A stretch of 32,000 nt of DNA from Geobacter sulfurreducens PCA (lineage in GTDB: Bacteria; Desulfobacterota; Desulfuromonadia; Geobacterales; Geobacteraceae): positions 2,310,001-2,342,000 of the forward strand of contig NC_002939.5 in assembly GCF_000007985.2 (NCBI RefSeq), written 5' to 3'. Under the pieces are notes generated by a model. The model worked only from the letters and a program-made list of their open reading frames with translations. It was not told the origin of the DNA and made no database searches. The position numbers and the translations under genes were made by a program. Positions 25,804-32,000 of the stretch are shown here, piece by piece; position 1 is the first letter of the stretch, and each line of letters starts with the position of its first letter.

Positions 25804-27330
25804 ATGAAGAAGAAAGACTCGGGCGAGACCCCGGAAAAGCCGTGGCACGTGAAGCCCTCGTTCGGAAGCCTCTACACCATGAAGGGCTCGAAGTACATCT
25901 ACATCTCCATGAACTACTACAAGCAGCGGCTGCGCTTTCCCACAGACCGGGTGGATACCCCGGAGAACTGGGAGGAGCTGCGGGAGTTCATGGAAAAAGT
26001 GGGTGAAAAGATCAAGCGTCGGACGTTCTGCTTCGCCAAGACCTTCTACTGGCTGGACGAGAAGACGAAGGCCCACTTCACGGCGCTGGAGGGAAGCGAC
26101 TACAAGCCGGAACCGGAGCACGTCTACTTCGGTGAGTATTGCGAACAGTGGATGGAGCGGAAGATTCCGACCTTTTCGTCGGTGACGAAGCAAAGGGATT
26201 ACCGGGAAGCGCTCACCTCCCGCATCCTGCCCTACTTCGGGGAGATGACCTTCTCCCAGGTTACCGCCACGGCGGTAGAGACGTTCATTGACAATCTAAA
26301 GAGAGTAAACCGTGCCAAAAATCCCAAGAAGACCAAGGGGGCAAAGCCCCTGTCGGTGAAACGGGTCAAAAACATCATCGGTCCAATGTCAAAGGTCTGG
26401 GAATCGTCCTGCAACGACTACAACTGGAATCTCCGCGATCCGTTTTCCGCAGTAACCCAGAAGTACACGGAGTTGACTGACAGGGCGCTTCAGGAAAAAG
26501 AGCGGCAGGCCGCTCTGAGGAGTGATGAGGAGGAAGATGTCTCGACGAGGGAGATCTTCCTGCTTGAAGAGTGGCAGATACTCTGTTCCTACATCGATCC
26601 CCACTATTACCCCGTGCTGGAACTGCTGATGCTGGGGATGATCGGCTCGGAGTTGGAGGCACTGCAAAAGCGGCACATAAAGGGTGGCGTGCTGACAGTC
26701 CGCTGTGCGGTAGCGAGGGACCGGAAGGGGATGCGGCACCTGAAGTTCAAGCCGAAGAACTGGTATCGCAAGCGGGACGTCCCCCTGACCGGCAGAGTAC
26801 AAAGCCTTCTGGAACAGGCGATGGCTACGGCGACGAGGGACGGGGTTGTTACCTTCGCCAACGACATCGCCATCCCGGCCAACCAGTTCGTCCTCACCAT
26901 GAAGGACGGCAGCCCCTTCAACTACAACTCATTCCGCAAGACGGTGTGGAACAAGGCCTTGAAGGCGGCAGGCATGGAGCCTCGGGTTCCTTATGCGGCC
27001 CGGCACACTCTGGTGCAGTGGTCGCTTCTGATCGGAATGACCAAGACCCGGCTCGTGGACCTGATGGGTCATTCGACCAAGAAGATGATCGACGAGGTGT
27101 ACGGGAGCTATCGGCAGGGACTGGTGGAGGAGAGGGAGCGGATTCTGGATTACCTGGGGGAAGACTTCCTCGCCCTGGAAGAGATGAAGCTTGCGTTCCC
27201 CGAGCGCTACCGGCGGCGGATGGCAACGACGGAGCCGGCCCATGAAACGGCGAAAGCCCCGGGCCTTCCCGCCACTTTTGGTCAAAGTTTTGGTCAAAGC
27301 CAGGGGCTCTATCCGGATAACTACCCGTAA
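25804..27330 (+). CDS. int: tyrosine integrase of island 1
   Basis: 508 aa. N-terminal arm-binding-like region (GSLYTMKGSKYIYISMNYYKQRLRFPT) and C-terminal catalytic AARHTLVQW (HxxR) ... LMGHSTKKMIDEVYGSY (His/Tyr). Ends 15 nt before the tRNA-derived repeat. Confidence 0.92.
   Translation: MKKKDSGETPEKPWHVKPSFGSLYTMKGSKYIYISMNYYKQRLRFPTDRVDTPENWEELREFMEKVGEKIKRRTFCFAKTFYWLDEKTKAHFTALEGSDYKPEPEHVYFGEYCEQWMERKIPTFSSVTKQRDYREALTSRILPYFGEMTFSQVTATAVETFIDNLKRVNRAKNPKKTKGAKPLSVKRVKNIIGPMSKVWESSCNDYNWNLRDPFSAVTQKYTELTDRALQEKERQAALRSDEEEDVSTREIFLLEEWQILCSYIDPHYYPVLELLMLGMIGSELEALQKRHIKGGVLTVRCAVARDRKGMRHLKFKPKNWYRKRDVPLTGRVQSLLEQAMATATRDGVVTFANDIAIPANQFVLTMKDGSPFNYNSFRKTVWNKALKAAGMEPRVPYAARHTLVQWSLLIGMTKTRLVDLMGHSTKKMIDEVYGSYRQGLVEERERILDYLGEDFLALEEMKLAFPERYRRRMATTEPAHETAKAPGLPATFGQSFGQSQGLYPDNYP
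27276..27299. repeat. tandem 2 x 12-bp TTTTGGTCAAAG (second copy pair of the island-end repeat)
   Basis: Read directly. Embedded in the last codons of int (encodes FGQSFGQS). Same core and orientation as 6459-6480. Confidence 0.55.
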
Positions 27331-27345
27331 ACACGGGGGAAAGAC

Positions 27346-27395
27346 TGGAGCGGGAAACGGGATTCGAACCCGCGACCTTCAGCTTGGGAAGCTGA
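27346..27395 (-). tRNA. truncated tRNA-Gly(CCC), 3' ~50 nt only (att-site remnant, not a functional tRNA)
   Basis: The reverse complement reads TCAGC-TTCCCAA-GCTGA (anticodon arm, CCC), AGGTC, GCGGG-TTCGAAT-CCCGT (T arm), TTCCCGC-T-CCA. The 25 nt 5' of this (TGAAAGACGCTGAAACATCAAATTG) cannot pair with the acceptor 3' strand and have no D-arm. Confidence 0.75.
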
Positions 27396-27530
27396 CAATT
27401 TGATGTTTCAGCGTCTTTCAAAAAGTTCCTGCCTTTATCATCACCCAACTCTATACCATTGACATATTTCATGTTTTACCTTATTTTCTGTATCCAGATG
27501 TTTCAGTCTGCCTCCCCGCTTGCCAACCAT

Positions 27531-27594
27531 AAAACGGATGCAAAACGGATGCAAAGGGGTCAAGCGACACTCAAAACGGATGCAAAACGGATGC
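27531..27594. repeat. 4 x 11-bp AAAACGGATGC as two tandem dimers (candidate integrase arm sites or int operator)
   Basis: Dimers at 27531-27552 and 27573-27594, separated by 20 bp and ending 8-20 nt before the integrase start codons. Confidence 0.55.
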
Positions 27595-27613
27595 AAAGAA
27601 AATGGGGAGAACG

Positions 27614-28975
27614 ATGAAACAATTTACCGACCGTTACCTCACCTCTCTCAAACCTCAAGATAAAAAATATGTCGTAAGAGAGGGCCGAGGATTCGCGATC
27701 CAGGTGCTGCCTTCAGGAACAAAGACATTTATGTATATCTTTGAACTGAACAAGCAGAAGGGGTACCTACTGCTCGGCAATTATCCCGCCATGTCCTTGG
27801 GTGATGCCCGGATAGCTTACAACGACGCATATAAACTCGTCAAGAACGGCATCGATCCACGCGAGGAAAAAAGAACAGCTATCGAGGAACAATCTCGATT
27901 GGCAAATGAGGCTAGACTTCAAGCTGAAGCTGCAGCCCTTGCTGCTGAGAAATTGGAAAAAGATTCCTTTGATTCCCTGATAGAGGATGAACTCCCCGAA
28001 GGATACACCCCGATAACCGTAGAACAGCTCGCTGCGATATGGTACGTCAAATACTCTAAGGAGAATCATTCAGTTCGATGGCGAGAAACTATCCTTAGCG
28101 CTATCAAGACCCACATCATTCCCGGTATCGGCAAAATGGAAATTTCCTCTGTCAGACACAAGCATGCTGTTTCTCTCATCGAGCAAATTGCATCCAAGGT
28201 CCCGGGATCGGCTCGTAACGTGATGAAATTTGGCAGACAAATGTTCAAATATGCCTGTCGGCAAGAGTGGGCGGAGATTCAGCCGTTCCAGGAGATCACA
28301 GCATCTGTCCCCAAGATTGCCCCCAAAACTGACGACCGGCATCTTGATGACGACGAAATCGTGAAGGCGTGGAAAGAAATCAGCAAGGGACCAAGCTCTA
28401 CCGAGGTCAAGCGTGCGCTTAAATTGATTCTGGTAACCGCTCAGCGCCCCGGAGAAGTTGCACAAATTCACCGTGATCAGATCAAGGACAGATGGTGGAC
28501 TATCCCTGCAGAGGTTGCTGGCAAAAATGAACGTGAGCACAGAGTCTACTTGACTGACACTGCTCTGGAGCTGATCGGACAAGGTAAAGGGTACATCTTC
28601 TCATCTGGCCGAGGGAAAAGAGGCCATATTTCCGAGAACACTCTTTCACAAGCCATAAATCGAGGTTATTTGGACGAAGATGTTGTGAAAGTTGTTGGGA
28701 ACAGAAAAATCAAAGCGCGCAAAGAACCTTACTTCGGGATGAAGCCATGGTCGCCGCATGATCTTCGCCGAACCGCACGCACAAATATGGCACGAGTTGG
28801 CATTACAGACGAAGTTGGCGAAGAAGTCATAAATCACATCAAGCCAGGCATAGTCGGCGTTTACAATAAATATCGTTATGACAATGAGAAAAAGGACGCC
28901 CTTTTGAAGTGGGAAGCCTTGTTACTGAACATTCTGTCACCCAAACCGCAGGATAGTAATGCAGATGGAGAATAG
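27614..28975 (+). CDS. int: P4-like tyrosine integrase (DUF4102-type arm-binding N-terminus)
   Basis: MKQFTDRYLTSLKPQDKKYVVREGRGFAIQVLPSGTKTFMYIF is the typical P4-integrase N-terminus. Catalytic LVTAQRPGE (Arg), HDLRRTART (HxxR) and VINHIKPGIVGVYNKY (His/Tyr). The ORF also has an ATG at 27602. Confidence 0.9.
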   Translation: MKQFTDRYLTSLKPQDKKYVVREGRGFAIQVLPSGTKTFMYIFELNKQKGYLLLGNYPAMSLGDARIAYNDAYKLVKNGIDPREEKRTAIEEQSRLANEARLQAEAAALAAEKLEKDSFDSLIEDELPEGYTPITVEQLAAIWYVKYSKENHSVRWRETILSAIKTHIIPGIGKMEISSVRHKHAVSLIEQIASKVPGSARNVMKFGRQMFKYACRQEWAEIQPFQEITASVPKIAPKTDDRHLDDDEIVKAWKEISKGPSSTEVKRALKLILVTAQRPGEVAQIHRDQIKDRWWTIPAEVAGKNEREHRVYLTDTALELIGQGKGYIFSSGRGKRGHISENTLSQAINRGYLDEDVVKVVGNRKIKARKEPYFGMKPWSPHDLRRTARTNMARVGITDEVGEEVINHIKPGIVGVYNKYRYDNEKKDALLKWEALLLNILSPKPQDSNADGE

Positions 28976-29065
28976 TTCCATCGTGCATTTGCTTGATCAT
29001 TCGAAGCAGATCTGAATATTTCACCTTGAGAATCTCTATCAACATAGAGTAACTTTGTCCCCTCT

Positions 29066-29093
29066 CCCCTCCCCCGAACCGGGGGAGGGGTTT
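29066..29093 (+). terminator. GC-rich hairpin, possible terminator / REP-like unit
   Basis: CCCCTCCCCCG (29066-76), AAC loop, CGGGGGAGGGG (29080-90), followed by TTTCAAT. About 90 nt after the integrase stop. Shares the GGGGGAGGG core with the 20953-21125 element. Confidence 0.45.
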
Positions 29094-29121
29094 CAATCAT
29101 CTTCTGGTAAACGGAGCAATA

Positions 29122-29397
29122 ATGACTAAGGCAGATATTGTTGAAAGAGTTTCCGACCGGTGTGGAATTTCGAAGAAAGATTCCATTGAAATGGTCGAGT
29201 TGGTTTTCAGCATTCTGAAGAACACCCTTGAGATTGGAGAGGATATAAAGATATCCGGCTTCGGGAAATTTGAAATTAAAAACAAGCACGCCCGCAAAGG
29301 CAGGAACCCTCAAACAGGTGATGCCATTACCATTGAGGCCAGAAGAATTCTAACGTTCAAACCGAGCACCATTCTGAAAAACAACATAAACTCTTAA
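29122..29397 (+). CDS. HU/IHF-family DNA-binding protein
   Basis: 91 aa. MTKADIVERVSDRCGISKKDSIEMVELVF...ISGFGKFEIKNKHARKGRNPQTGDAITIEARRILTFKPS is the canonical bacterial histone-like fold signature. Confidence 0.9.
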   Translation: MTKADIVERVSDRCGISKKDSIEMVELVFSILKNTLEIGEDIKISGFGKFEIKNKHARKGRNPQTGDAITIEARRILTFKPSTILKNNINS

Positions 29398-29485
29398 TAG
29401 CACCATCACGCCCCAAGTCGTCCAAAACTTACAACTGCCCCGCTCACACCTGCCCCCCCTATAGATTATAGTCGTAGGGGGAATC

Positions 29486-29992
29486 ATGCGCTTCGCCACT
29501 CTAGTTTTCCTACTTTGCATATCTGTCGGTTCATCAAATCCGGCATCCGCCTTCTGTTTTGAAGAAGCCGGTAACAGGTACGGAATCTCGCCTCAACTCC
29601 TCTATGCAATCTCCAAGGGGGAAAGCAGCTTCAATCCCCTGGCAATCAATTACAACTCAAACGGCACGTACGATTACGGCCTCATGCAGATCAATTCCTC
29701 ATGGGAACCGGCTCTACGCAAACTCGGCATCTCGTGGAACAACCTTGCTGACCCATGCACCAATGTCATGGTTGGCGCCTGGGTTCTTTCCCAATGCATT
29801 CAGGACTACGGATACACCTGGCAGGCTGTCGGCTGCTACAACTCCCGCACACCATCAAAACGTAATCGGTACGCCGCCAGAGTAGCTCGCATCATCAAAC
29901 ACGAACTATACCGTCCGCAACCTGTTCAGGTGGCTTCAGCAATCAACTTTGCCACTCCTTGGGAAGAAGCTTTTGGCCGTGAACACCGCTGA
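29486..29992 (+). CDS. secreted lytic transglycosylase (SLT domain, VirB1-like)
   Basis: Signal peptide MRFATLVFLLCISVGSSNPASA. The catalytic region ISKGESSFNPLAINYNSNGTYDYGLMQINS has the SLT ES...GLMQI motif. Confidence 0.88.
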   Translation: MRFATLVFLLCISVGSSNPASAFCFEEAGNRYGISPQLLYAISKGESSFNPLAINYNSNGTYDYGLMQINSSWEPALRKLGISWNNLADPCTNVMVGAWVLSQCIQDYGYTWQAVGCYNSRTPSKRNRYAARVARIIKHELYRPQPVQVASAINFATPWEEAFGREHR

Positions 29993-30698
29993 GATTATCT
30001 CTGAAAGTGGTTTGACCGAAGCTGACGCGTTGGATGCGATTGAGGTAGCCATTGCCAGAACACTGACTCATGCACTCAAGATAAATGTCACTGTCAGGAT
30101 CAAGGATCAAATGCAAATTCTCGTTTATGCGCCTAGCGGTGCGCCGACAGCACTTTCTTTCACCGACATAGATAGAAAATTGAGACGGCATGTGCAACAT
30201 CAGGTCGAACTGGAACTGCAAATGAGGAAAACCTTGAATGAAGCAGGAAAGTTGAAGGAGCTGAGAGGCTATACGGCTCCGGGCGAGATTACACGCATTT
30301 CCGGCAATGGCTCACTGATCGTTACCCTGGAAATTGCAGACCACTATCGGCGGCTGATTCTTTCCGGAATTTGCCCGTTACGTTTTCAGCCCATACACGA
30401 GCGCAGCAGCTATCTCTTAGGAACCGTAAAGGAGTTTCATGTAACCAGCGTTGTTCCGGTAATGATTGACCATAGGTCGTCCAGGGTACGGGTGCAGCTA
30501 AGCCGCAGCTCGAAGCAATTGCCGCAATTGCTCCTGATGGAGCGCAGCCGCATTTACGGGATTGTATGCCTGAAACGTATCCCCGGGGCCTTCAGTTCAA
30601 TCGTGACACCTACAAGAATACCAAAGGACATCATCAACTCAGTAGGGAAGGAACTGCAAGAGCACCTATATGTCTCTGTTCAAGAAGCGCATCATTAA
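29949..30698 (+). CDS. NusA-like protein (N-terminal domain + S1-like barrel, truncated after the start of KH1); start uncertain
   Basis: By-eye collinearity with E. coli NusA as I remember it. LLAVNTAEIISESGLTEADALDAIEVAIARTL...INVTVRI parallels [30 protein letters not shown]...IDVRVQI. GEITRISGNGSLIVTLE...RFQP...VRVQLSRSSKQLPQLL parallels GEIITGVVKKVNRDNISLDL...NFRPGDRVRG...LFVTRSKPEMLIEL. TTG/GTG starts lie at 29949/29973/29979. Confidence 0.6.
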   Translation: MPLLGKKLLAVNTAEIISESGLTEADALDAIEVAIARTLTHALKINVTVRIKDQMQILVYAPSGAPTALSFTDIDRKLRRHVQHQVELELQMRKTLNEAGKLKELRGYTAPGEITRISGNGSLIVTLEIADHYRRLILSGICPLRFQPIHERSSYLLGTVKEFHVTSVVPVMIDHRSSRVRVQLSRSSKQLPQLLLMERSRIYGIVCLKRIPGAFSSIVTPTRIPKDIINSVGKELQEHLYVSVQEAHH

Positions 30699-32000
30699 TC
30701 CGGCCGGTGGCATGACAGACATCGGCAACGGTGTGAATCTGGACCGCCGTACAAAGATCGTTCCTATTGCCATCCCCGATGCAGACAGGAAACGGCACAC
30801 TTTTGTCTTCGGAACCACAGGGGTCGGCAAAACCCGTCTGTGTGAAAATCTGATCGAACAGGACATCCGCAAGGGGTATTCGGTGGTCTATTTTGATCCC
30901 AAGGGTGACCAGCAGATCTTCACCAAGATTTACGAAGTGGCCAGAGATAGTGATCGCCTTGAAGAATTGATGCTCGTCACTCCCATTTTCCCGGAATACT
31001 CAGCTGTGGTTGATCCCATGGCCTTCTATTTCATGCCGGATGAACTGGTTGGACATATTGTTTCGGGCATCATGGGCGGACGCGAGCCGTTTTACCGGAA
31101 CATCGCCAAGGAGATCACCACTGCCGTAATCTCCGCCTACATTATTCAGTCGAAACGACACGGCAACCTGCCCATCCTGAATATTGATGAAATACGGAAG
31201 CGCATACGCCGGGAGTCACTCGACTCAACCATGAAATCTCTCCGTAGCATCGGTAATGCTGAAGCTGACCTGACAGCTGGCATGATCGAGGACATCCTGA
31301 AATCCCCTATGGAATATTATGCCAAGGTCTCGTCAACGCTACGCACCGCCCTGATGGAACTCTCGTCGGGCAATATTGGCAAGATCATCGGTCAGGCCGA
31401 CTCCAACCGTTTCATAAAGAATCTTGAGTCCGGCAAACCGGTCATCCTGGTAGTCCATACCGGCGCCATGATCACCCGCGAGGCCTCTGCTACCCTCGGC
31501 AAAGTCCTTCTCTCCATGATTCAATCCTTTGTGGGACGGGTGTACCTCTCCAACCGCCAGAAGGTCAATCCTCCGCTCTCCATCTTCATCGATGAGGCGC
31601 AGAGCCTGCTTTACCAAGGCGTGGAGGAGCTGTTCGCCAAAGCTGGATCAGCCGATGTCATGGTAACCGCTTTCGCTCAATCGGTGAACCAGGTCTATGC
31701 CGTCATCGGTGAAGAGTTCGGCAAGAGTATCCTCGACAACACCAACACCAAAATTTTCATGCGCTGCTCCGATGCTGAGACAAGCGATTACGTGGTCAAG
31801 CATTTCGGCGTACAGAATGTGCTGACCGGGATATTCGGCTCGAATCAGGTTACGACCCGTGAGGTCGAACAGGACATTCTGCGGGTTCAGGATGTCTTGA
31901 GCCTGAAGCCGCGGGAATTTTACATGATGACCTACTCGGGACGCTTCAAGGGGACCACTAATGACGCCCATGAACCCAAGATGAAGATCATCTTTCCGGA
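30670..32000 (+). CDS. type IV coupling-protein-like ATPase (VirD4/TraD/TrwB family), 3' end beyond window
   Basis: Not in the ORF track because no stop is reached. I translated frame 1 from ATG 30670 to the window end without stops. Walker A is FVFGTTGVGKTRL and Walker B is LSIFIDEAQ. The downstream block VMVTAFAQSVNQVYAVIGEEFGKSILDNTNTKIFMRCSDAETSDY resembles the TraG/TraD C-terminal (TraM-recognition) region. Alternative start at ATG 30712. Confidence 0.8.
   Translation, partial: MSLFKKRIINPAGGMTDIGNGVNLDRRTKIVPIAIPDADRKRHTFVFGTTGVGKTRLCENLIEQDIRKGYSVVYFDPKGDQQIFTKIYEVARDSDRLEELMLVTPIFPEYSAVVDPMAFYFMPDELVGHIVSGIMGGREPFYRNIAKEITTAVISAYIIQSKRHGNLPILNIDEIRKRIRRESLDSTMKSLRSIGNAEADLTAGMIEDILKSPMEYYAKVSSTLRTALMELSSGNIGKIIGQADSNRFIKNLESGKPVILVVHTGAMITREASATLGKVLLSMIQSFVGRVYLSNRQKVNPPLSIFIDEAQSLLYQGVEELFAKAGSADVMVTAFAQSVNQVYAVIGEEFGKSILDNTNTKIFMRCSDAETSDYVVKHFGVQNVLTGIFGSNQVTTREVEQDILRVQDVLSLKPREFYMMTYSGRFKGTTNDAHEPKMKIIFP

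Larger units (their letters stand above)
6308..27368. mobile_element. ~21-kb integrative genomic island inserted at the 3' end of tRNA-Gly(CCC); cargo is a type 1 BREX locus
   Basis: Perfect 23-bp direct repeat TGGAGCGGGAAACGGGATTCGAA at 6308-6330 and 27346-27368; the latter is the 3' end of a tRNA-Gly sequence. An integrase and an excisionase-like gene sit at the tRNA-proximal end. Composition drops abruptly relative to 1-5100. Confidence 0.8.
27396..32000. mobile_element. left end of a second integrative (ICE-like) element, continuing beyond the window
   Basis: Begins where tRNA homology breaks. Carries a P4-like integrase, HU/IHF, a lytic transglycosylase and a VirD4/TraD-like ATPase. AT-richer than the core. 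The right boundary is not in the window. Confidence 0.6.

Noticed and set aside
27346-27420. Intact 75-nt tRNA-Gly gene
   Set aside because: Only the anticodon arm through CCA is tRNA-like. The 5' 25 nt (TGAAAGACGCTGAAACATCAAATTG) cannot pair with acceptor strand TTCCCGC and contain no D-arm, so I call it a fragment.
25726-27472. ORFs antisense to or out of frame with the island 1 integrase (25726..26193 -, 26571..27245 +, 26918..27472 -)
   Set aside because: They are shadow frames of a gene with clear tyrosine-recombinase motifs. One runs through the tRNA fragment.
27531-27594. Possible CRISPR array or minisatellite
   Set aside because: The units are only 11 bp, directly abutting in pairs with a single 20-bp gap. 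There are no 25-40-bp repeats, no spacers and no cas genes. They fit protein-binding iterons or arm sites instead.

Overview
GC-rich chromosomal segment. A Geobacter/Desulfuromonadales-like host is only my guess from composition and gene content. The first ~6.3 kb looks like ordinary core: the katG 3' end, an orphan ORF, a glycyl-radical enzyme with its radical-SAM activase, and a secreted SnoaL-like protein. The remaining ~25.7 kb is two integrative elements stacked at one tRNA-Gly(CCC) attachment site. Element 1 (~6308-27368) is bounded by a perfect 23-bp direct repeat identical to the tRNA 3' end. It carries a tightly packed minus-strand type 1 BREX operon (brxA-brxB-brxC-[extra gene]-pglX-pglZ-brxL). 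The extra gene is a 279-aa protein with an R-x4-H (HEPN-like) motif wedged between brxC and pglX. Upstream of BREX lie a ~170-bp palindromic MITE/REP-like element, two translationally coupled unknown small genes, a divergent XRE-family regulator and two orphan genes. Next comes a 760-bp ORF-free region holding six back-to-back hairpins. A second tyrosine recombinase, an excisionase-like HTH protein and a 508-aa integrase abutting the tRNA remnant complete the element. The tRNA copy at 27346-27395 is only the 3' ~50 nt, with no acceptor 5' strand or D-arm. Element 2 therefore starts there and runs off the window. It carries a P4-like integrase, an HU/IHF protein, a lytic transglycosylase, a NusA-like NTD+S1 paralog and a TM-less VirD4/TraD-like coupling ATPase, so it looks ICE-like. 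No rRNA, intact tRNA or CRISPR array was seen. All functional calls come from by-eye motif and family recognition of the supplied translations; no searches were run.
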